Source: Candidatus Parcubacteria bacterium (GTDB lineage: Bacteria; Patescibacteriota; Saccharimonadia; UBA4664; JBIOIQ01). From it: a stretch of DNA of 64,000 nt. The stretch spans positions 947,691 through 1,011,690 of the forward strand of contig OY970378.1 in NCBI GenBank assembly GCA_963718875.1, given 5' to 3'. The notes under the pieces are model-generated. The model saw only the letters and a program-made list of their open reading frames with translations, was not told where the DNA came from and made no database searches. Of this stretch, positions 16,590 to 25,193 are shown piece after piece. The position numbers and the translations under genes were made by a program. How positions within the stretch are numbered: the stretch's first letter is position 1; each line of letters starts with the position of its first letter.

Positions 16590-16827
16590 AGTGCTAGTCG
16601 GATTGGCCATTGGCATTGGAATCTACGCCGTCGGTGCGATCATCTTTTTCATCTCGGCCGCCAAATCTCTGCTGAGAGATGGAAGTGAGCGGCTTGACAA
16701 CGTGGTGGCTTTGGCAGTTGGATTCAGCATTGTCTGGCTTCCTTTCATTATCTGGGTCGGGTGGGAGGAGTGGAGGTATTCGTCAAACAAAAATTGGTAC
16801 CGAACCATGTGGAGCAATTGGTTCTAG
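16590..16827 (+). CDS. Small two-TM membrane protein, paralog 1 of 3 (GTG start after a ggagg RBS)
   Basis: TM1 - charged loop - TM2 with a W/G-rich motif (WLPFIIWVGW); GC about 55%. Confidence 0.4.
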
Positions 16828-16876
16828 ATGTGTTCTACCGATGCTAAACCTTGGACCACACCGCGAAGGGGAACAA

Positions 16877-17095
16877 ATGTACCTTGTCACTATCCTTATT
16901 CTTGCCGTTCTGGGCGTATATCTAGCCGTGGGTGCTCGGCTTGGCTGGAAGACTACGACAGACAGTGGCGACGCCATCATTGACAGGCTGGTGTTCGCCT
17001 GGCTGATCGCCATCACCTGGGGGCCGATAGTGGCTTGGGGGTTGAACAGCTCGCGCATGTACAGGGCGCGAAGACGAGACCCCAGTTATCGCTAA
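16877..17095 (+). CDS. Small two-TM membrane protein, paralog 2 of 3
   Basis: aaggggaacaaATG ribosome-binding site; ITWGPIVAWG motif in TM2. Confidence 0.4.
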   Translation: MYLVTILILAVLGVYLAVGARLGWKTTTDSGDAIIDRLVFAWLIAITWGPIVAWGLNSSRMYRARRRDPSYR

Positions 17096-17310
17096 GTACC
17101 CCAACAACCGTCCTGGGGGATCCACCCAAGCTGTCTCCGTCCGCTCGGCCGAGAATCATCGGCCTCACGTCCTCATACCGCGAATCAGGCGACTTTCGCC
17201 CCCGCGGTTTGGGGGCGTTTGTCGTTATAGCACTACTTGACCTTTGGCTTTTCATTAGCATAATATTTATGCACTACCATGCACTTTTTCCGATCCAGGA
17301 GGATTGCGTA

Positions 17311-17547
17311 ATGAAGTTTGGTTTGGCTATCGCATATGCCATTGTCGTTACCACCTACTTCGCGATCGGATTCATTGGCGAGATAAGGTCGCCTGAGTCT
17401 AGCAGGAGGGACAGCAAGTTCAGCACGGCTCTAGGCGTAGGCTGCATCTGGGGATTTGTATTCGTCTTGGAGTACCAGGAAATACAGAACTCACACCCCA
17501 AAAAAATCCGGGCTGCATGGCGGGAGGCTTGGCACGAAGTCTTTTGA
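17311..17547 (+). CDS. Small two-TM membrane protein, paralog 3 of 3
   Basis: ccaggaggattgcgtaATG ribosome-binding site; CIWGFVFVLE motif in TM2. Confidence 0.4.
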   Translation: MKFGLAIAYAIVVTTYFAIGFIGEIRSPESSRRDSKFSTALGVGCIWGFVFVLEYQEIQNSHPKKIRAAWREAWHEVF

Positions 17548-17556
17548 CCAGATCCC

Positions 17557-17856
17557 ATGCCGACTGAATCTGACCAGGAGGCGCTCCAGGCCGCCATCAT
17601 CGAGATCCTGCGTCCACACGGTGGAAACGTTACTACTGTGTTCGTTGCCCTCATGAAGCGCGGCGGTTTTGAATGGGTGGAAGACGGAAGCCCAATCTAC
17701 GCGGCCGTCACGGTACTTAAGAAAAATGGTAAGGTCGAACTAGCTGAAACCTCCCCATATGGATTAGCCTGGCGGCTCACACAGAAAGACTGCACATCCG
17801 CGAGCCATCCGACCCAATCAGGCCCCGCAGGCCCTGCCACAACGTTCAACGACTGA
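17557..17856 (+). CDS. Hypothetical cytoplasmic protein, possibly a winged-helix fold
   Basis: EALQAAIIEILRPHGGNVTTVFVALMKRGG...IYAAVTVLKKNGKVE resembles a wHTH; followed by a terminator. Confidence 0.35.
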   Translation: MPTESDQEALQAAIIEILRPHGGNVTTVFVALMKRGGFEWVEDGSPIYAAVTVLKKNGKVELAETSPYGLAWRLTQKDCTSASHPTQSGPAGPATTFND

Positions 17857-17865
17857 ACGCCCCCG

Positions 17866-17900
17866 GCAGGTTTTGCGGGGACGTTCTTTTTTTTCGAGGG
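17866..17900 (+). terminator. Rho-independent terminator (gaacgcccccg...cggggacgttc plus T8)
   Basis: Read from the sequence. Confidence 0.65.
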
Positions 17901-18014
17901 AGTCGGAAAATGACCGAAGCAATCTCATAAGCGTGCCTGTTGGCAGACAGGAAGAGCCCGAAACCCGCATCTATCAGTTGACGGAGAGACGTATTAATGA
18001 ATGAGCACCACAGC

Positions 18015-18198
18015 GAGGCGTACTAGCAGGTACGTCGAGCGAGGAGCGCAGGGTTTGACGCCGGGATGTGCCAATTAGGGACTTAAAGCCAACTACCTGA
18101 GTGCAGTTCGGATGCAAGATCGAGTACCGTAACCGAGCCGTAGTTGGACCTACGGTGAGGGCGGAACGCAGATATTGCGCCGAAATGTGCCAGGGAGG
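18015..18198. repeat. Two adjacent copies of the family-E structured element (about 90-100 nt each, GC-rich, containing gcgcaggNNttgac...atgYgccaatt)
   Basis: E1 18015-18082 and E2 18101-18198 share ordered blocks with E3 at 36433-36554: gaggcgtact..aggtacg.cga...gcgcagg..ttgac...atg.gccaatt. Confidence 0.6.
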
Positions 18199-18203
18199 TT
18201 GGT

Positions 18204-19520
18204 TTAATAGATGTAGCGGAAGGAGCTGGCGGAGGTAGTCCGGCGAGTAATGCGGCCAAAGTTACCACCATAGTTCATTTCACTAATCGTAACCATGCCT
18301 CCTGAGACAGACTCTACGTATCCAACGTGACCGTAATAACCGGCGCCGGTCCAGGCAATCGCTCCAACGGCTGGCTCGGAGCCAACAGAGTAGCCGCTAA
18401 ACTGTGCGTTGTAATACCAGTCCCTGGCGTTGCCCCAAAAAGGAGGGACGCTGCGGCGGCTCGCCACATACCAAGTACAGTTTCCCCAAGCGTAGGTGTT
18501 GTTGCTGTACCCACCAACAAAGCCGTACGAAGGCAGGGCGAATGAGGGGGCGGGCGCAATTAATGGAGCGGCGACTGGTTTGGGGGCTTCTTGAATTTGC
18601 CCGTCAGGTATAATAATTTGTTGTCCAGGAGTAAGACCTTTGACATCGGCATCATTATATTCTGCCAGTTGTGCGTCGTTAGCCTGGTACCTTGCAGCAA
18701 TGCTAGCTGTTGTGTCACCCGCTTGGACGGTATAAAGAACTCCCGTTACAGGGAGGATTTTTAAAGCTTGTCCGGGTGTGAGACTATCGGCATCAGCAAG
18801 ATTGTTGGCCCAACGAATGGTATTTGACGTAATGCCAAACTTTGTTGCAATTTGAGATAAGGTGTCGCCTGGCTGAACGTTATAGCTGGTAATGGTATGG
18901 CTGGCGGGCTGCGTTGTGGTGACAACCTGACGCTTAGCAAGTACGCCTTCGTTGCCTGCCAATGCGACTTGGCTTGATAACTGCGAGGCAGTTTTGGTAG
19001 CGTCAGCTGACACCAACATGTTGGTGCCTTGGGCCAAATTGGCCGCTACTTCGGCTTGGGAAGTTGTATCGAGCGAAGCGCCAAACCCGGTAGAATTTTG
19101 GTTCAATGCACTTACAAGCGTTGTGCGGGTAGTGATGCTAGTAGCGTGTGCTCCGATAATAACTAAGCTTGCGCCAGCAATTAATCCAGCGTGCGCTAAA
19201 ACACGCGGTTTACCGGTGATAACAGTGAGGCGTTTACTAATACTAAGACTAAAGTTGTAGGCCCGGACAAGGTTCGGACGATGAATTTTCGTAATGTGCC
19301 GGGCATAAGCCCATGCAGTTTTGAGGGATAGCGTTGGTTTTACGCTGGATTTTAGTTTCGAAAAAGTCTTTGCGGTTCCGGCTCCAGTAGCCCACGGGGC
19401 TTGCTGAAACGAATCGAGGGAGCCGCTTAGGGCTTCTCTACTAATAAGCTGTCTCCACCTCACAAGTTTCCAAGTGAGTGCTACCAGACATCTTACTCTC
19501 CAACTGTTTGTTAGAGACAA
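18204..19520 (-). CDS. Secreted peptidoglycan hydrolase: 2x LysM plus a C-terminal CHAP/NlpC-P60-like amidase domain
   Basis: LysM motifs GDTLSQIATKFGITSNTIRWAN and GDTTASIAARYQANDAQLAEYN; C-terminal YAWGNCTWYVA...GHVGYVESV. Confidence 0.8.
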   Translation of the reverse strand: MSLTNSWRVRCLVALTWKLVRWRQLISREALSGSLDSFQQAPWATGAGTAKTFSKLKSSVKPTLSLKTAWAYARHITKIHRPNLVRAYNFSLSISKRLTVITGKPRVLAHAGLIAGASLVIIGAHATSITTRTTLVSALNQNSTGFGASLDTTSQAEVAANLAQGTNMLVSADATKTASQLSSQVALAGNEGVLAKRQVVTTTQPASHTITSYNVQPGDTLSQIATKFGITSNTIRWANNLADADSLTPGQALKILPVTGVLYTVQAGDTTASIAARYQANDAQLAEYNDADVKGLTPGQQIIIPDGQIQEAPKPVAAPLIAPAPSFALPSYGFVGGYSNNTYAWGNCTWYVASRRSVPPFWGNARDWYYNAQFSGYSVGSEPAVGAIAWTGAGYYGHVGYVESVSGGMVTISEMNYGGNFGRITRRTTSASSFRYIY

Positions 19521-19798
19521 GAGGAGTTCGACCGTTAGTTAATCCTCTGTTTCGATGTCTTTAGGTAGGCAAGATGTAAGGTCAGCGTGGGGTTCCCCCA
19601 GATGTTTACGCTAATGCTTACAAATATACGTTAGTAGTTTATCAACTGAATATTGGGGTGTCAAATCAGATTTACAAGAATATACATTGACACAATTTTT
19701 GGCTATACTACAGCCAAAAATTGGGGACTGAGGGTTGGTTGGTAGGGATTAAAGGTAGAAAATATGTCCCATCTACTAACTACTAGGCCCTGGTCCCT

Positions 19799-20839
19799 TT
19801 ATTTAAGGTACTTACTAATATTTGCATTGTGCTGATCCAAAGTGTGGGCAAAATGGGTTTTACCATTTTTGTCGGCAATAAAATAAGTGTAGTCGGTTTT
19901 AGCGGGATGGGCGGCCGCATTAAGAGCGTCAAGTCCTGGACTACATATGGGCCCCACTGGCAGCCCTTTATAGCGGTAAGTATTAAAGGGTGAATCAAGC
20001 TGGGTGTTGAATGGCTGGCCGGTTTGGATGGAGGCGTATATGACGGTGACATCACTTTGTAGTGCCTGGCCTGAAGCCAGACGGCTCAAGAATACCTGAG
20101 CAACAATTGGGCGGTCACTGGCGTTTGCGACTTCATGTTCAATTATCGAAGCCAAGGTAAGTCCTTGATGCAACGAAAGGCCCTGAGCGGCGAACGCATC
20201 TATTAAGTTTGTTGAGATTTTTTGGTCAAAGGCAGTAACCATTTTTTGTATTAGTTGGTGGGCAGTTGTAGAGTTTGTCATTTGATAGCCTTCGGGGAAT
20301 AAATAGCCCTCTAAATCCACCTCTTTGGGTCGCTGAGCAAGATATTTGCCGTCGTATGAGTCTTTTAAGGCGGCCTTGAACTGGCCGGGGGTAATACCAT
20401 GCTTGGCGGCAAGCGCTTCAATCTTAACTAATGTTGAGCCCTCAGGAATTACCAGCAAATTGCTCTTTATTTTACCTTTGCTTAAAATATCGGCGATTTC
20501 GGGCGTAGAAAGTTTACTCGAAAGCGAATAGCTACCTGCCTGAAGAGCACCTCGTAAACCATGTAGGTTTACATAAAATGCAAAAACGTTTTTATCGCGA
20601 ATCAACCCTGCGCTTTTAAGTCGGTTGGCGATTGAAGGCACTCCCATACCTTGGGGTATTTCAAAACTAACTGCTTTAGCTTGACCGGCGCTCATGGGTC
20701 TAAGCTGGTAGCGATAGGCTGCATATAAAGAGGCCGCAAAAAGTCCAAGAAGAATAAGTACTGCCATGAGTGCAACACCTAGCTTTTTTGCAGGCGATCG
20801 CTTGAATTTATACGGTAAATGGTCGTTAATAGGCTTCAT
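19799..20839 (-). CDS. mltG: Endolytic murein transglycosylase MltG (YceG family)
   Basis: N-terminal TM anchor plus a YceG-like domain. Confidence 0.8.
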   Translation of the reverse strand: MKPINDHLPYKFKRSPAKKLGVALMAVLILLGLFAASLYAAYRYQLRPMSAGQAKAVSFEIPQGMGVPSIANRLKSAGLIRDKNVFAFYVNLHGLRGALQAGSYSLSSKLSTPEIADILSKGKIKSNLLVIPEGSTLVKIEALAAKHGITPGQFKAALKDSYDGKYLAQRPKEVDLEGYLFPEGYQMTNSTTAHQLIQKMVTAFDQKISTNLIDAFAAQGLSLHQGLTLASIIEHEVANASDRPIVAQVFLSRLASGQALQSDVTVIYASIQTGQPFNTQLDSPFNTYRYKGLPVGPICSPGLDALNAAAHPAKTDYTYFIADKNGKTHFAHTLDQHNANISKYLK

Positions 20840-21258
20840 AGCATGTCCAAGTAATCCTGCAATATAATGGCGGCTGCTTCGGCATCAATTTGACCTTTGG
20901 ATGTCAACTTTGAGCCAATGCGCTCCCGAGCCAGCTCGCTAGTACCTGCTTCGTCTTGGAGGTGAATCGGCAAATGCAGGCTTGCAAGTTCGGCAGCAAA
21001 AAAGCGGGTGGCTTTGGTTTGATCGGTTTCTCCCCCATCGAGACCGCGAGGCAAACCAACCACCAGCTCTGTGACTTCATACTGGCGAACGATCTGTTGC
21101 AGGTGGTCCCAGTAGTTTCTGGTGGAGGCGTCTAGAGTTTCAAGTGGAGTAGCTATGCGAGTTTGGCGATTACCAAGAGCCAGCCCAATTCTTTTACTAC
21201 CGTAATCAATTCCTAGATAAACCATTAGGGTTAAGTATAACATCCTCTCCTGGTTCAA
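20836..21258 (-). CDS. ruvX: Putative pre-16S rRNA nuclease / Holliday-junction resolvase-like YqgF (RuvX)
   Basis: LGIDYGSKRIGLALG N-terminal motif; 140 aa. Confidence 0.8.
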   Translation of the reverse strand: MNQERMLYLTLMVYLGIDYGSKRIGLALGNRQTRIATPLETLDASTRNYWDHLQQIVRQYEVTELVVGLPRGLDGGETDQTKATRFFAAELASLHLPIHLQDEAGTSELARERIGSKLTSKGQIDAEAAAIILQDYLDML

Positions 21259-21308
21259 GTCGGTTTCCGATTATGCTAAACTAAAAGCAATTGATAAGGA
21301 AGCGGCAA

Positions 21309-21809
21309 ATGACAGATCAACCAGGTGGTCCTATAGGAGCTGGGGCAGGCGACCAAGCCGACCATGGCAGCATAGACAATGCAGCAGATACGTTTACTCC
21401 GCTGGTCGATGCAGAAGTCGAAGTGCCTGAGTCAGCCGAACGGATTCAGGCAACTAAAACAGCGCTAGATAAACTAGTGGAGGCGGCTCGACCTTATGCA
21501 CACCGATTTAATCGACCAATTGAGAGAGTGGAGTATGATTATGATCCACTTGCTACACGCCGTGGTGGCGGGCCGCAAGGAGACTTGGTCGAACGAAGAG
21601 TCCCGGTAGATAATGGTGGTGAAGGGCTGGATCAAGTCGACTTTTGGGCGGCAGTGGATGAAGGTGACGAAAGTCAAGGTGAGTACCGTTTAGTATTGGC
21701 TTTTCCTCATGAATCCCCCGCTGAAGGAGCGGGTGATGAACAGGTCATGCTGAGTAGGGAGTCGGCCTATGACCTTGGCTTTAATCCCGCACATGCAATG
21801 GCTTTATAG
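21309..21809 (+). CDS. Hypothetical acidic protein (GC about 55%)
   Basis: gataaggaagcggcaaATG ribosome-binding site; no recognisable domain. Confidence 0.4.
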   Translation: MTDQPGGPIGAGAGDQADHGSIDNAADTFTPLVDAEVEVPESAERIQATKTALDKLVEAARPYAHRFNRPIERVEYDYDPLATRRGGGPQGDLVERRVPVDNGGEGLDQVDFWAAVDEGDESQGEYRLVLAFPHESPAEGAGDEQVMLSRESAYDLGFNPAHAMAL

Positions 21810-21821
21810 GCTGGGGCGAGG

Positions 21822-22073
21822 GTGGCTGGGCGACGCTGGGAGGACTTTTTATACCGAGGCGGGACAACAACGGAAGTTCCCTACCGTGCAGCCGATTTTA
21901 CTTATGTGTTTAGCTATCGACCGACTGGACGTGAGGCAGCTGGCAGTGCCACTCGCGATCAAGTTGATGAGGTCTTGGGTCTCTTGGCCCGCAGTCACAT
22001 CCGTCGCGGCGAGCAAGATGGGCCGAGAGCCGTTGAGCTGGTACCTGAATTAGCCGAGCTAGTCAGCCATTAG
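21822..22073 (+). CDS. Hypothetical small protein
   Basis: ORF only; convergent with the ATPase gene. Confidence 0.3.
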   Translation: MAGRRWEDFLYRGGTTTEVPYRAADFTYVFSYRPTGREAAGSATRDQVDEVLGLLARSHIRRGEQDGPRAVELVPELAELVSH

Positions 22074-23371
22074 GCAGCTGCTTGGGCCAAGTCACGAAAA
22101 TGGTCCAGCTCCGGGTATGCTTCAATATACCGTTCTAGATGTTGGCTGGGACGGTGTATACCGAGTTCTGGCATATCAAGGTTGATGCGGGGCAAATCGG
22201 ACTCGAACAACTTAACTGAGTTAGTTGGGACTATAAAGGCCGAGCCATCCGGTCCAGTCTCAACCAGCTCGTCAGCCAAACGATATTGACGTCGGATACT
22301 GGCACCATTTTCCGGTTCGTCAATGAATACCAACTGTGGACCGGCTGGGTTGCCCCAGCGTTTTTGGCCAGTTTTGGCCTCTTCGGCGGCAGCTCTTTCA
22401 CTGCGGAGATGTTCAAATAGTCGCTCATCAATAGTTTGACGATGGGACAGCCCGTCTTGGAAGTGCTGCGGCCCACTGCTAATATTATATCCATCTGAGC
22501 TGTAAACCGTATGCCCCCGCCCCATGTCACGGTGCATTTGTGACAGTTCTCCGGCTACGACAGTACTATCATAGTAATGCATGGTGCGTGATGCGTGGCT
22601 TAAGCTGCTAACACTCATGCCTCGGGCAATACTAGGTGCTAAGCCGGCACCGTACAGTTCGGTTAAATCGTCATCTCTGGGATTAAAGACCCAACGTTCT
22701 GCCGTTTCAGCTCCTTCACGCTCAAGGATATCTTGATACTTGGCGGCATAGCGCAAAGCCTTGGCCAAAGTGGTTTTGCCCCTTGCGTTGTCGAAACTAC
22801 AGATAAGTGTAACGCCAGGATTGAACTCCAATACCTCTGGCAACTGGGCTATGGTTTCGAGAATCGCTTTGAGTTCGGCCCGTCGTTCTTCTTTTTTGCG
22901 ACTTGCCTCATCCGGTCTTAACCAGCCCTGAACCTCGAACTCTGGCTCAATGGAGCGGATCATATCCCGATCGAGGTGAACCGTTAATCCAGCCTGTGTT
23001 AGAGCTTCTTTGCGCTCCATAGAAGTTTTTTCTCGAAGAGCTTCGGCTGCTCGGCGATCCTCTTCTTCAGTGGAGGGTTTGGGCGGAGATGGCATGGGTG
23101 CGGCGCGCCCTGGCAGTCTACCGTGACGCGTAACCGTACCTGTTAATGAGCCAAAAGGCGACTCAGCCCAAGGGTCGATGGTAGCCGTATCAGCTTCAGG
23201 AGCACTTGTTCCTGGCGGCACAACAGCTTCATCCACGCCGACTTCCCCATCAGTAGCTAGGCCAGCAGTTTCGGCACCATCCGATGACGCTATCAGATCA
23301 GTGACATCCACCGCCGGATGAAAAACATCGCCTGGTCTGTGGGGCGCTTGTGGCTCAGTCTCGTCAGTCAT
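22070..23371 (-). CDS. ABC/AAA_21-like P-loop ATPase with a roughly 170-aa disordered acidic N-terminus
   Basis: Deviant Walker A FDNARGKTTLAKAL and the ABC-type Walker B / D-loop LVFIDEPENG; start codon is 2 nt after the stop of the upstream membrane-protein gene. Confidence 0.55.
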   Translation of the reverse strand: MTDETEPQAPHRPGDVFHPAVDVTDLIASSDGAETAGLATDGEVGVDEAVVPPGTSAPEADTATIDPWAESPFGSLTGTVTRHGRLPGRAAPMPSPPKPSTEEEDRRAAEALREKTSMERKEALTQAGLTVHLDRDMIRSIEPEFEVQGWLRPDEASRKKEERRAELKAILETIAQLPEVLEFNPGVTLICSFDNARGKTTLAKALRYAAKYQDILEREGAETAERWVFNPRDDDLTELYGAGLAPSIARGMSVSSLSHASRTMHYYDSTVVAGELSQMHRDMGRGHTVYSSDGYNISSGPQHFQDGLSHRQTIDERLFEHLRSERAAAEEAKTGQKRWGNPAGPQLVFIDEPENGASIRRQYRLADELVETGPDGSAFIVPTNSVKLFESDLPRINLDMPELGIHRPSQHLERYIEAYPELDHFRDLAQAAA

Positions 23372-23373
23372 GT

Positions 23374-25045
23374 TTAATTCCCGCTAGCAACTTTTACTTC
23401 AACTTTAATATGACTGGTGATGCGAGGGAGTTTGGATGACCATGGAGGGGAAAGCTTTACCTCCGCTTTAGAAACGCCAGGAAGTTTGCCAGCAAGGTCG
23501 GTGGCGTCGCCGTAACGCTTACCAGTGAGCTGCTTGGCAATAGCAGTGGTATCCAGCTTGGCGCCACCAAATGCGGTGGTGTCAAAAGTAAACGTTGACG
23601 CTGCTCCGGGGTCTAGCTTAACCGGCGTGATACTCAAGCTGCCTGCACCATCATCATAAATTTGACTCCCTGGCCCAATTTGTTTCAGCTCTTGGGCTTT
23701 TAAAACATCACTGAGCTCTGTTTTATCTACCGCAAACATAGAGTAGCTTACTTTTACGTCAACTACTGTTTGGTCGGCCTGCGCTCCCACTGCGGGATTG
23801 GCCGTTATAGTGCCTTGGGCGGTCGAAAATGATTCTTTGATAACTCGCGTGCCGCTAGGAACTTTGTTCTCCAAATCTTTTTGAGCTCCTTCCTTGTCTT
23901 TAGCAAGTAAATCAGCTACAGCCTTATCGACATCGGCTTGTGTCACGACACTAACCGTTTTCGAAGTCCCTCCTGACATTTGGCCTCCAGTACCGTTGAT
24001 ATAGGGTTGTTGGGCGGCGTTGAGTCCAGGAATAGTATATTTGATTCCGCTAGCCAAATTGTACTGGTCGCCACTCGCCTCGGCTTGAACCGCCACAGTT
24101 ACTGCACCAGCTTTGGCGCAACCCAAAATATTAACATTACCACCTGGCACCGTGGCATCTGCGGTGCTAACAAAAATCAGGCCGCCAGGAGATTTAAAAC
24201 GAGTCCCGGCCACGAAGGTGTGGGGGCTATTATCAAAACAGTTGTTGATGGTCATGTTGCCGGCTGCTTTGGTACCGACATCTTGTTTGCCCGTGGCGCT
24301 AGTTGTAGTAGTGAGGTCGTGGCTGGAAGTAAGGTTTGTGGCAGCCAAAACGGCCTTTTCGGCATCGCCGACTTTGATAGTAGGGTCAACTGTAGCCGTG
24401 AAGTTTGTAGTAATTTTTGATCCTTGGGCAAACAGAGTTACGGTGGCGCTAGCAATAAAATAGTTCAATACAAACAATGCAATAACTGCTGTGGCCGCAA
24501 TGCCTCCCCACAATAAGCGTTTTTGCATTTTGTTGAAATCCGGCACCTTGCCAGTTCCTTTGCTAACTTGTGTCCCAGTATCGCCCTCTATGGCTTTTCG
24601 TACTATCATGGGCTTGGCATAACTCGGCTTATTGCCGACATTTAACACCTGACCATTAACGTTTGACACGTGAGGATCGGCTACCTCATCTTCGAGCGGA
24701 TTTGGCGCGGTTGTCTCGTCGGGCTCATCTTCCGCTTCAATTTCATCGCTAGACTGGGGTTGCGGTTTGGCCTCGGTAATTTCAGGTTGACTTGTAATAG
24801 TACTCGCTACTGGCAGTCCGACCCGGCCAGCTAAGTGAGCCGAGGTGCGGTCGCCAGTTACAAGCACCAGTTTTTTACCAGCATCATCGGCGGCTTTTTA
24901 AGCAGTTTGAGATTAACGATGCTCTGCAACAAGGTAGATCGTTTAGGTACAACAATTTTTACGCTTGCGCCCGGCATTTTGGTCAACCGGTCGATAGCGG
25001 CAGTTATTTCCTCGTCAGCCTCAAGATATAATACTTCGTTATTCA
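23374..25045 (-). CDS. Large bitopic membrane protein (cytoplasmic N-domain, one TM, Thr/Gly/Ala-rich extracellular domain), interrupted by an apparent frameshift in an A-run near 24893
   Basis: The ORF-track pieces 24858..25112 (...NLKLLKK) and 23374..24867 (AADDAGKKLVLVTGD...) join through cttaaaaagccgcc by a 1-nt shift; ggagt ribosome-binding site before MNNEVLYLE. Confidence 0.5.
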
Positions 25046-25156
25046 TCAGTAACTCCAAGTAACAAGCAACGAGAAACAAGAAACAAACAACTTCCAACTC
25101 CCAAACTTCCAAAACACAGACTGCTGCGGCTTGGAATTGCTATTGGGCGCCTAACT

Positions 25157-25190
25157 GTATCTTGTATCTTGTATCTTGTATCTTGCATAA
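25157..25190. repeat. Tandem heptamer repeat (tatcttg x4) between ftsA and the downstream membrane-protein gene
   Basis: ctgtatcttgtatcttgtatcttgtatcttgc. Confidence 0.7.
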
Positions 25191-25193
25191 TGC

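Noticed and set aside
22070-23371. Calling the ATPase a zeta-toxin or FtsE
   Set aside because: It lacks the GxxGxGKT zeta/UNAG-kinase P-loop and ABC signature motifs in canonical form. The Walker B IDEPENG fits the AAA_21/ABC-like family better, and no FtsX-like permease partner is present.
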